Below are positions 11,121 through 20,046 of a stretch of 64,000 nt of DNA, piece by piece. Below the pieces are notes generated by a model. It saw only the letters and a program-made list of their open reading frames with translations, did not search any database and was not told where the DNA came from. The DNA is from an uncultured archaeon (lineage in GTDB: Archaea; Asgardarchaeota; Thorarchaeia; Thorarchaeales; Thorarchaeaceae): assembly GCA_964558645.1 (NCBI GenBank), contig CAZLEV010000003.1, positions 32,001 to 96,000 of the forward strand, in the 5' to 3' direction. Made by a program: the position numbers and the translations under genes. Each line of letters opens with the position of its first letter. Within the stretch, counting starts at the first letter, position 1.

Positions 11121-11339
11121 ATGACAGTTGAGTGGCGATGGCGACGTATAGGCGGAGAGGTATTTCGTCTTGCTGAGCTCTTTGACTCACTTGCTGACAC
11201 CAGAGAGCTGGTCACCGAACTGAGAAAGCAGAAGTACTATATACTTCTGTCCATAGTTGATGAGAGATGGGCAATGTTCTGGCGGCCTCATAAAGAGAAG
11301 ACGCCTTGTGATGCTCATTGCTACAACATCTTGATCTAG
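11121..11339 (+). CDS. Small hypothetical protein (72 aa)
   Basis: ATG start, fills the intergenic gap, protein-like composition; no family recognised. Confidence 0.55.
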   Translation: MTVEWRWRRIGGEVFRLAELFDSLADTRELVTELRKQKYYILLSIVDERWAMFWRPHKEKTPCDAHCYNILI

Positions 11340-11375
11340 ATACCGGTCAATCGGAGAAGCGTAAGGTTCTTTGTG

Positions 11376-11906
11376 TCAAGCTCCCGGTATCATGGGTACC
11401 TCCCACCTACTCTTCATCCTCCTCCAGGGATTTCTCACCAGATTGGGATTGACGACTATACCAGCCACTACAAGCAGTGTCCCAGTCCAGAGCACTCTGA
11501 GGTGTGGTGTTGCTCGCCAGATTGTCATGGATACACTCTTGCGTCTTGATGTGTTGTCATCGTCCAGCGTCACCACAAGAAGATACGCACCAGATGAAGG
11601 AAGGTGTACCACTCCCACAAACTCATTGACATGCTCTATAGAGGCCAAGGCAGTGACGTTGTCCATTGAGCCCTCCTTCCAAACTGTGGCTCCAACTTCA
11701 AAGTCAAACAGGTGTAAAGAAAACGTATCGTCACCATTTCCCTTGGCACGGACAAAGAGATCACCTGTGTGCATCACAAGGAGGCCCACATGCTCTCCAT
11801 CATCCGATGAGATCCCGTAGGAGAGTAGATACGTTCCAGACAAGAACGATAGAACCACCAGAAAGACTCCCCCAAAGACCGCCATCTTTGATACTCTCTC
11901 TCTCAC
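11376..11906 (-). CDS. Membrane protein: N- and C-terminal TM helices around a beta-sandwich-like domain
   Basis: Hydrophobic termini, alternating beta pattern (..HLPSSGAYLLVV..); last gene of the ABC cassette. Confidence 0.75.
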   Translation of the reverse strand: MRERVSKMAVFGGVFLVVLSFLSGTYLLSYGISSDDGEHVGLLVMHTGDLFVRAKGNGDDTFSLHLFDFEVGATVWKEGSMDNVTALASIEHVNEFVGVVHLPSSGAYLLVVTLDDDNTSRRKSVSMTIWRATPHLRVLWTGTLLVVAGIVVNPNLVRNPWRRMKSRWEVPMIPGA

Positions 11907-11913
11907 TCTCTAA

Positions 11914-12756
11914 TCACACTCCCGTGTACTTGAAGATGACATGGCTCAAAAGCAGGAGCAGGAGTGCTAATGCACATGACAGGACCATCCCAGTCAGGAC
12001 ATCTGTCAGTACAAGTTCGGTTTCGAACAGTCCTGCCCACCAAGAAAACATACCATCATAGTTGGCAGCATAATTGGCAGCGGCGAACGGGGGAAAGAGT
12101 ACCATCTTCACCAGTTCATCTGTTTCCGGACTGGTCACTCCGATGAAGGCCATGAACCAGAGCGATACACACCCAAAGGAGGTCACAAGTGCATTCCTCG
12201 AGATGACAGCAACAAGTCCAGCCACTGACACCATCAGTAGTGCAAGGGTCCAGATGGAGAGGAGGAGGAGCAGGGTATGCCCAAGGTCGGGAGCCACAGG
12301 GACGAAGAAGAAGACCCCGGCCAGACTGCCAAGGCAGGCCGAACATGAAACAAGGAGGAAGATGGGAAGGAACTTCATCAGGAGGAGACTCGCACGGCTT
12401 ATGGGATAGGTCAACAGCGTCTGCATCAGGCCTGAACTATATCCTGTGGTGAAGTTGTAGGCCACCAACAAGGGCACTAAGAGGATAAGGACAAAGACAC
12501 AGTTCGACACACAGCTTCCCAGCACTGCAAGGCCATGGGTTAGAATGAGCTCAGAGAAGTACTCCAGCCGGTCAGCAGACCCTGGCGCCGGGGTCTGATC
12601 TATACGTATGTCGAAGTTGAAATAGTTGTGAGTCACTGCGGCATGGATGCCTACTGCAATAAACACACACAACACTGCAACAATCGAGGGAAATCGGTAC
12701 GAGCTCTCTCTCTCAAACTGAAGGACTGTATGAATGCGCTCTCGCAGACTACTCAC
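11914..12756 (-). CDS. ABC-2 type exporter permease
   Basis: ~6 TM helices, SGLMQTLLTYPISRASLLLMK motif; overlaps the ATPase stop. Confidence 0.88.
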   Translation of the reverse strand: MSSLRERIHTVLQFERESSYRFPSIVAVLCVFIAVGIHAAVTHNYFNFDIRIDQTPAPGSADRLEYFSELILTHGLAVLGSCVSNCVFVLILLVPLLVAYNFTTGYSSGLMQTLLTYPISRASLLLMKFLPIFLLVSCSACLGSLAGVFFFVPVAPDLGHTLLLLLSIWTLALLMVSVAGLVAVISRNALVTSFGCVSLWFMAFIGVTSPETDELVKMVLFPPFAAANYAANYDGMFSWWAGLFETELVLTDVLTGMVLSCALALLLLLLSHVIFKYTGV

Positions 12757-13708
12757 TGCGGTTCACCTTCCTGTATACGTCCTCAAGGGTTCCGGTTGGC
12801 TCGACCCGGTAGACTGTTATACCACTTGGTGTGGCCATGGTATTTACAAGTTCCTCTATAGCAACATCGGCCTCATCTGAAACCTCTGCAACGACGCTCG
12901 CGGTTCCTATGATTGTCACATCAACTATTCTCTTGTCAGCCCTGAGTAACTTGGAGAGACGACTCGAGTCCGATGCTATGATCAGGTATCGGTCCTTGGT
13001 GTATCGCGTGACCAGCTCACTGACCGTGCCTGAGTCCACTACCTTTCCTGCTCTGACAAAGGCGACTGTGTGACAGGACCTCTCAAGCTCGGACAGGATG
13101 TGGGATGCGATAAAGAACGACACACCAGCCTCGCGATGGACTCTTGCAAGGAGGCTCACAACATCATCGCGACCACCGGCGTCAAGATGTATCGTCGGTT
13201 CGTCCAGAAAGACGAGTTCGGGATTCCCACAGAGTGCCTGAGCCAGCCCAAGCCTTCTGTGCATTCCAGCTGACAGTTGGCCAATCTTCCTCTCGGCTGC
13301 GTGTTCCAGACCAACCAGCGATAATATCTCATCAATGGAGGTTGTTGAGTTGTAGACTCTATTGACCACTCTTAGATAACTCGTTGGACTCATGGACACT
13401 GGGAAATAGGCCTTCTCATGGAGAACGCCGATTCTCTTACGTATCTGAATGGACTCTCTTGAAACATCATGACCCAGGACCTTAGCACGCCCCCCATCCG
13501 GTTTCAACAGACCAAGCAAGATCTTCAAGAGCGTTGTCTTTCCAGCACCATTTGGGCCAATCAGTCCGAAGATCCCGTCACTCACCTCAAGTGAAAGGCC
13601 ATCAAGTGCAGTGACGCTGCCAAATCTCTTGTAGAGATGATCTATATCTATTATCGCGTTTCTTTTCTCCACTCTAGACACACCACGCCTCATAACTCGC
13701 ACTTTCAA
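12749..13708 (-). CDS. ABC exporter ATP-binding protein (true start may be GTG 13672)
   Basis: GPNGAGKTT, LSAGM, FLDEP, SHIL. Confidence 0.93.
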   Translation of the reverse strand: MKVRVMRRGVSRVEKRNAIIDIDHLYKRFGSVTALDGLSLEVSDGIFGLIGPNGAGKTTLLKILLGLLKPDGGRAKVLGHDVSRESIQIRKRIGVLHEKAYFPVSMSPTSYLRVVNRVYNSTTSIDEILSLVGLEHAAERKIGQLSAGMHRRLGLAQALCGNPELVFLDEPTIHLDAGGRDDVVSLLARVHREAGVSFFIASHILSELERSCHTVAFVRAGKVVDSGTVSELVTRYTKDRYLIIASDSSRLSKLLRADKRIVDVTIIGTASVVAEVSDEADVAIEELVNTMATPSGITVYRVEPTGTLEDVYRKVNRSE

Positions 13709-13721
13709 AACTAAGAGATAG

Positions 13722-13768
13722 GGGTCTTGGGATAACTACAGACATGGTCATCCCTGACTCCAAGACCC
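13722..13768 (-). promoter_or_regulatory. Intercistronic stem-loop between secreted-protein gene and ABC genes
   Basis: 9-bp inverted repeat gggtcttgg (13722-13730) / ccaagaccc (13760-13768). Confidence 0.45.
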
Positions 13769-13787
13769 TCATATTGACCCATTAATC

Positions 13788-14279
13788 CTAATAGTCAACC
13801 GCGACATATGGAGTATCACTGGAATACCATGTGTGCTTCGTAGAGTCGCTTGAAGGTGCAGCGTTTTTGAATCGTAGGTAGAGAGTGTCCTCATCACCTG
13901 GATCATTGATTGACCAATCTTTATCACTTACTACATAATCGAACCATGCAATGAGTATCCACTCACCTGATCCCCACTTGTAATGTGCGTAAATACTCTC
14001 ACAGTTCCAGGGGTAACCAGGATCACACCCATCATAGTCAATGTTGATGTAGTAGGCAGAACCATCAGTTCGTATCTCAGTGAATACAAACAGCATTTCA
14101 CACTGATATGCGCCATTCGCATACTCCTCATAGCAATCATCAGATGCAGTCCATGTGCCAAAGGTCGCGTCAGGCGTGTCATCATTATAGGTTTCACGTC
14201 CTGCCTCGACAAAGAACATTCCACTGACGACAACAAGACAAAAGACTAGTACTAGAAGCACCTTCTGGTTCTCTTTCAT
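13788..14279 (-). CDS. Secreted acidic, aromatic-rich protein with four Cys in the mature part
   Basis: Signal peptide MKENQKVLLVLVFCLVVVSGMFFVEA; mature part rich in D/E/Y/W. Confidence 0.8.
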   Translation of the reverse strand: MKENQKVLLVLVFCLVVVSGMFFVEAGRETYNDDTPDATFGTWTASDDCYEEYANGAYQCEMLFVFTEIRTDGSAYYINIDYDGCDPGYPWNCESIYAHYKWGSGEWILIAWFDYVVSDKDWSINDPGDEDTLYLRFKNAAPSSDSTKHTWYSSDTPYVAVDY

Positions 14280-14343
14280 CTAGACGTATCATCTCCACCC
14301 ATTCTAACAAGAGTTACCTTGTGAGAGCCAAGTAACTGTCTAA

Positions 14344-15590
14344 CAGAATAATCATTTAAGGATTCCTTATGATTTCTGTGACTGCATCAAGCATACCAAA
14401 ACCGGGCTTTATGATTTCGGTGCAGTATACCTGGACCTCCATTCTTTCAGATACGCATCATACCATGATCTAGATGCCGATTCGATGATTCCAGCAGATG
14501 GAAATATATTCTTTGACATGGAGTTGGTAGGTAATGATGGATACTCATTAGGAAATGATTGGACGATCCAGACAATGCCTAACGGTGGGGATATCAGTGG
14601 CCACGGGACGGCCCCCAGGGGTGTCGATTATCCCCTCAGGATTCAAGCTGGTGATTACACACCGGCCGTAAGAAACGGTTATGCAGCGTTGCTTACAGGC
14701 TAAACGGAGTTCTCTATGGGATGATTGAGCGAACAACCCCAGAGATACATCCGGAACGTGCTAGTGCAGCTGCTTCTGAGTTCTATATCGATCTTCCAAC
14801 AGATTTTCAGGTTCGTCATCTATGATGAGGACGGGATTGCTCAACCAGGATTCGCCATCAATTGCAGTATCGGTAGTACGATGAAAAGCCAAGTAACTGC
14901 TTCATTCAGTGGTGAGAAGTCGTCGGTCGTCTATGAGAATCCCATTCCTGCATATGCTGGTAGATTGCCTGTCACTGGTTCATGTCCGAAGACAACATAT
15001 TTCGATGTTGGTTTTGCTGACCTTTCACTGCGTGCCTATCATAGAAACGTGAACGTGAGTTCTAGCTCATTAAGTATGGACTATGCTCATCGGTCTGATA
15101 AAATGAATATTTGCTTGGAACTCCTTGATGCGTTGACAGGAGAAGCGATAATCGCTGGCATCGAGGTAAGTCGATTCTCGGCATTTTCGTCCCTGATTCA
15201 GAATCCTTCACTCTGCCCGAAACACTCCAATCCGGGGACTACTCGGTCAAAATTCTCGTGTCGCAAGGTCGCGTCTACAGTGCTGTAGATGATGACTTGA
15301 GTTTCGTGGGATATACGTTATCACCCTTGAATTTCAAATATCGGAAGAACCGGGAAACATTAGATGAATATGACCTTCGTGTGACATTGACTGCTGAGGA
15401 AGAATCACTCTTTGAAGTCGAATACATATCACCCTACGCTCGTGGTGGAAAACCAGTTCTCACAGTAGAGACTCTTTGGATATCTGAAGAGGAGCAAAAG
15501 CTAGAAAATCCAGATTATATTCTGCATGGGCCACGCGTCATACTATCTGCACAGGTCGACTGGTTCTCGATGACTTACAGCAGGCCCTAA
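14344..15590 (+). pseudogene. Probable frameshifted remnant of a large extracellular/surface protein
   Basis: Consecutive protein-like segments in shifting + frames; Ig-like repeat signature LLDALTGEAIIAG; no intact start or signal peptide. Confidence 0.4.
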
Positions 15591-15738
15591 CAGTCTCATG
15601 TGAACGCAATGAGTCTTCAAGCGAAGCTGTCAGCTGATGGGATTACCCCTTCGTCATTGAATCGAGAAAAAGGAGCCTCTCCTATCCATGATTATTCAAT
15701 CACTATCCACGTTTGTAGCCGCAGCAAATGACATTCCA

Positions 15739-15942
15739 TTATTCCTGATGAAGTCTGCCTGATTCGAAATCGATAAGACCCTCACCTTCAATCTCTAGGA
15801 TGCCGCTGAAACCCGGCAAGGAGTACTTTTCCTCAAGATGCGCGTTTACCCAGAAAACCCCGATGTGTCTTCCATCACGATGGACATTGTACCAGACTGC
15901 GGTCAGGACGAAGATTGATCCTATTCGTGCCCCCTTCTCCAT
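15739..15942 (-). CDS. Small hypothetical protein (67 aa) downstream of mutS
   Basis: ATG start, co-oriented with mutS, beta-rich protein-like sequence. Confidence 0.45.
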   Translation of the reverse strand: MEKGARIGSIFVLTAVWYNVHRDGRHIGVFWVNAHLEEKYSLPGFSGILEIEGEGLIDFESGRLHQE

Positions 15943-15996
15943 GATTATGGTCTACAGTCCTGTGTTGCGCCCCTATTGGAACAAGAGGTCGTGTAG

Positions 15997-18600
15997 CTAG
16001 GCGTCACGCCGTCGAATCTCATCTCGCATCTCCTTGAGCCGAAGGAGTGCATCGATTGGAGTGACGCGCTCAAGGTCAAGGTGTCTGATCTGCTCTATAA
16101 TCGGGTCTTCCACCGTGAGTGGTTCCAGAGATGTCTGAACCTCTTGGACCGCATCCCCCTCCGATTCTCCGATTTCAACGCGGTTTTGTTTCTCTAGGAG
16201 ACTGAGTAATTGTCTGGCTCTGTTCACAACGTCTTCAGGTACCCCCGCTAGAGCAGCGACATGGACGCCGTAGCTCTTGTCTGTACCACCCTCGACGACC
16301 TTATGGAGGAAGACGATTGAGTCACCGCTCTCCTTTGCCAGCGTATGCACGTTCTTGACACCGTGATACTTGGAGGCCATATCTGTCAACTGGTGGAAGT
16401 GAGTCGCGAAGATGGTACGCGTCTTCCTCTGTACAATCCGTTCGGCGACGGCCCACGCAAGAGCCATTCCATCGAATGTGGAGGTCCCTCTGCCAATCTC
16501 ATCCAGAACAACGAAACTCCTCTCTGTGGCATTGTTTAGGATGTTCGCAGTTTCTATCATCTCCACCATGAAAGTGCTTTGTCGTGCCGTCAGGTCGTCA
16601 AATGCACCAACTCGTGTGAAGACTCGGTCAATGACCCCTATTCGCGCCTGTTTGGCTGGAACAAAGGAGCCCATCTGGGCCATGATTGCAATGATTGCAG
16701 CCTGTCTGCCATATGTGGACTTGCCGCTCATGTTAGGACCTGTTACGATGAGTAGCGTACAATGCCCGTCCCCCATCTCCAGACTGTTGGGAACAAACTC
16801 GTTTGGCCCTAGAATCATCTCCATGCATGGATGGCGACCATCAATGATTTCGATGCTTGTATCCTCTTTCAGGATAGGCCTACAGTACCTTCTCTTCACG
16901 GCAGTTTCTGCTAGTGCGGCTATGACATCAATTGTTGCGAGGGCGTCGGCGTTGCTATGCAGAACCTTAGCTACTTCACGAACCTTCGATCTCAGCTCTT
17001 CGTACAACTCGTACTCTAGGCTGTTTATCTGGTCCTCACCTGCGAGAACAGAGGCCTCTTTCTCTTTGAGCTCTGGCGTGATGTATCTCTCGGCGTTTGT
17101 CAGAGTCTGTTTCCTATCGTAGTCCTCTGGTACTCGGTTCACGTTTGCCTTGGTCACCTCGATATAGTAGCCAAAGACCTTGTTGTAACCGACCTTGAGC
17201 GACTTGATACCTGTTCTCTTCCTTTCCCTGGCCTGGAGTGAAGCAATCCATTTCTTATCAGATGCAATTGACTCACGGAGCTTGTCCAGTCTATCACTGT
17301 AGCCATCTTTGATTATTCCTCCTTCCTTCACGGTTGTTGGAGGGTCATCAACAATGGCACGCTTGAGTTCTTCGCGAAGCTGATCCAGAGGATCGATTCT
17401 CTCTCTCTCTCGGACGAGGACCTCGCTTGTACACTCCTCGAGAGCTCCAAGGATACGCGGAATTCTCTCTATCACATACCGAAGTGATAGTAAATCTCTT
17501 CCACTCGCAGATCCAAAGGCTATCCGACTCGTTATTCTCTCGAGGTCAGCCACAGGCCTGAGGCTGTCTAAAATACCCTGCCGAACAATTGCAGCTCTTG
17601 ACAATTCCTCCACTGCATCGAGTCTGCCTTCGATTCTATCGATATCAGATAGTGGTTGTAGTATCCACTGCTTTATCTTGCGCTTGCCCATAGCAGTCTG
17701 TGTGTCAGATAGCACAGAGAGCAGGGTGCCCCGTTGAGATCCATCTCTAGCATTCCTGACGAGTTCTAGGTTTCGCTGTGTAGTTGCATCAACTATCATG
17801 TATTCTTCGATGGAGTAGGTCCGAAGGCCCGTAACGGTAGAGGTGTTTGCCTTCAACACCTCATGAAGATACTCCAAGATGGCTCCAGCGGCACCTAATG
17901 CAACCCTCTTATCATGGATGCCATAGCCTTCCAGAGTCTTGACACCGAATTGCTCCTTCACTCTCTGTTCGGCCGTTCTTGCTGAGAAGGCCAAATCGTT
18001 TCTGTAGGTGAGCTTCTCACACACATGCTTCAAGCGTGCTATGAATCCTTGTTTCTTGCCAAATGAATCCGGTAATAGGATTTCGGAAGGTGAGATTCGG
18101 TCAAGTTCGTTGAGAACCTCCTCCGATACGGGATCTCCCTCAATCTCAGTTGCCTGAAACTCTCCCGTGCTGATGTCGATTGAGGCGAGGCCCACCCTGT
18201 CATCATGCTCAACTAACGCCAAGAGGTAGTTGTTCACCTCGTCTCGAAGCATGCTCGGTTCCAGAAGAGTACCCGGTGTTATTACGCGGACCACATCTCT
18301 CTTGACAAGCCCCTTTGCCTGGGACGCATCTTCTACCTGGTCAGCTAGTGCGACTGTATGGCCTCCTCTGAGCAGCTTTGCAATGTAGTTATCAACAGAA
18401 TGATGGGGAACTCCACACATGGGCCACTTATCTACACCTTCTCCGCGCGCGGTCAAGACGATGTCAAGCACCTTGCTCGCGGTCTTGGCATCTTCGTTGA
18501 ACATCTCAAAGAAATCGCCAAGACGAAACATCAGTATGCTATCAGGGTATTGGCGTTTCAGCTCAAGGTACTGACGTTGCATGGGGGTGTATTTGGCCAA
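15997..18600 (-). CDS. mutS: DNA mismatch repair protein MutS (MutS1)
   Basis: TPMQRQY, FRLGDFFE, PMCGVP, TGPNMSGKST, STFMVEM, DEIGRGTST, SYGVHVA. Confidence 0.97.
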   Translation of the reverse strand: MAKYTPMQRQYLELKRQYPDSILMFRLGDFFEMFNEDAKTASKVLDIVLTARGEGVDKWPMCGVPHHSVDNYIAKLLRGGHTVALADQVEDASQAKGLVKRDVVRVITPGTLLEPSMLRDEVNNYLLALVEHDDRVGLASIDISTGEFQATEIEGDPVSEEVLNELDRISPSEILLPDSFGKKQGFIARLKHVCEKLTYRNDLAFSARTAEQRVKEQFGVKTLEGYGIHDKRVALGAAGAILEYLHEVLKANTSTVTGLRTYSIEEYMIVDATTQRNLELVRNARDGSQRGTLLSVLSDTQTAMGKRKIKQWILQPLSDIDRIEGRLDAVEELSRAAIVRQGILDSLRPVADLERITSRIAFGSASGRDLLSLRYVIERIPRILGALEECTSEVLVRERERIDPLDQLREELKRAIVDDPPTTVKEGGIIKDGYSDRLDKLRESIASDKKWIASLQARERKRTGIKSLKVGYNKVFGYYIEVTKANVNRVPEDYDRKQTLTNAERYITPELKEKEASVLAGEDQINSLEYELYEELRSKVREVAKVLHSNADALATIDVIAALAETAVKRRYCRPILKEDTSIEIIDGRHPCMEMILGPNEFVPNSLEMGDGHCTLLIVTGPNMSGKSTYGRQAAIIAIMAQMGSFVPAKQARIGVIDRVFTRVGAFDDLTARQSTFMVEMIETANILNNATERSFVVLDEIGRGTSTFDGMALAWAVAERIVQRKTRTIFATHFHQLTDMASKYHGVKNVHTLAKESGDSIVFLHKVVEGGTDKSYGVHVAALAGVPEDVVNRARQLLSLLEKQNRVEIGESEGDAVQEVQTSLEPLTVEDPIIEQIRHLDLERVTPIDALLRLKEMRDEIRRRDA

Positions 18601-18656
18601 ATCGCATCCCTGCTGGCCCGCTCTTGAAAAACTACTCTAATAATCGCATCGGAATC

Positions 18657-19313
18657 TTATGCCCCGGTCGCGAGTGCCAACACCACTAGTATCGCGATTG
18701 TGAGGACTCCCGCTGCAATAGTTCTCATAGTGTTTTTCAGGATACTATCTTCTCCTATTCTCGCATAGTATGATCCCAGGATGATAAGCATCACAAATCC
18801 AACCATTAGAGATGCATAGAAAGACTGCACGTATGTGAGCACACCTATCAGGGGCAGGAGCATGGGGCTGAGTGTCGCTAATGCTGTCAGTGAAGGAACC
18901 GCCCCATCTAATAGCGCGATATAGAGTGTTGTATGGTGTTCTGCTCGGACTATGACTGAGTGGCTCAGTCTGGTACGCCCTGTTTCTTCAAGTTCTGATA
19001 CAATCTTCTTGCCCTCAGCAGTCTCGGTCAGGTATGCTGCAAAGAAACCCTCAACAAAGAAAGCTATAGCAGTACCTACCGAACCTAGAACCGTTGCTTC
19101 ATAGAAGAGACTGAATTGCAGACTGTGAGCCGTGATGATGCCCGCAGTCGCGATACCGAGAATTGGAAGGACACCACGGAATATGTCCATTCCAACATGG
19201 CGCCGTGCGACCTCTGCTCTGTGGGTGAGGTTGAGTTCATCGACGATCTGTTTTAGCCGGCTGTGTTTTCCGTTCTCGTCGTAGCCGAATGGATAGTCGC
19301 ATTGCTCATTCAT
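18657..19313 (-). CDS. VIT1/CCC1-like (TIGR00267-type) membrane protein
   Basis: ~5 TM helices, AAYLTETAE cytosolic acidic motif. Confidence 0.7.
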   Translation of the reverse strand: MNEQCDYPFGYDENGKHSRLKQIVDELNLTHRAEVARRHVGMDIFRGVLPILGIATAGIITAHSLQFSLFYEATVLGSVGTAIAFFVEGFFAAYLTETAEGKKIVSELEETGRTRLSHSVIVRAEHHTTLYIALLDGAVPSLTALATLSPMLLPLIGVLTYVQSFYASLMVGFVMLIILGSYYARIGEDSILKNTMRTIAAGVLTIAILVVLALATGA

Positions 19314-19603
19314 GAAACATCACTATACTCTTTCTGATTCCTGTCTTATGTCAGACCGTAGCAGGATTTTTTCGAGTGCTCTCCAGTTGGTTTCTTATCT
19401 CCACATGTCTGTTAATACCTGATATACTGTCGGGAAATGCCTAATTTCACCGTCAAACGAAATTGCAATCTGATTCTTGCCAACCGTGGCACATATCATC
19501 AAAATGCCCGGTTTTTCGGGTATATCAAGGTTATGTCGACGGCCAGATGTTGGTCAGGGGACATACTGATATGGCCAATCGCACCTGTCAATCTTGAACT
19601 GAT

Positions 19604-20002
19604 TTGCGGATATTCGATAGCTCAGGAAGCGCAATAGGGCACATAGAAGGCCCATTGATCATGGATGGTTCTCGAAACGTATTGGGTCGTCTCTCTCGGT
19701 CCGGTGTTGTATCGACTAGAAGAGGTAGTACTCTGGGGAGGGTCTTCAAACAATCTGTAACTGACGCTACGGGTGTTTCAGTTGCTCGATACAGTGCCTC
19801 TTCGGCAAAGAATAGCGATGGCTCAGTGTGCTTCCAATTCAAGCATGATAGGATTCTCACACCAGATGGTCTCACGCTATTCAGAGCTGACAAAGGCCTA
19901 GAAGAAATGTTGGAGTCGGTAGCTGCGTGGCTTGTGTTCTTTTCGGAACACTGGCAGCCTACAGTCTCTGCGGCTACCGCGAGCATGGCAGATGACCGCT
20001 AG
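19604..20002 (+). CDS. Beta-hairpin repeat protein with C-terminal hydrophobic helix
   Basis: Six ~16-aa units resembling hhDxxGxxhGxh followed by LESVAAWLVFF. Confidence 0.65.
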   Translation: MRIFDSSGSAIGHIEGPLIMDGSRNVLGRLSRSGVVSTRRGSTLGRVFKQSVTDATGVSVARYSASSAKNSDGSVCFQFKHDRILTPDGLTLFRADKGLEEMLESVAAWLVFFSEHWQPTVSAATASMADDR

Positions 20003-20046
20003 TCTTGAAGAAAACACCTTTCGGACTGTGCGACGAATCCGTTCCT

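Noticed and set aside
16412-17122. 236-aa + strand ORF
   Set aside because: Antisense shadow of mutS
19571-19603. In-frame ATG..TGT-CAA-TCT-TGA (CxxU-like) upstream of the beta-hairpin ORF, suggesting a selenoprotein
   Set aside because: No SECIS-like element is visible downstream and the repeat domain begins cleanly after the TGA; likely chance
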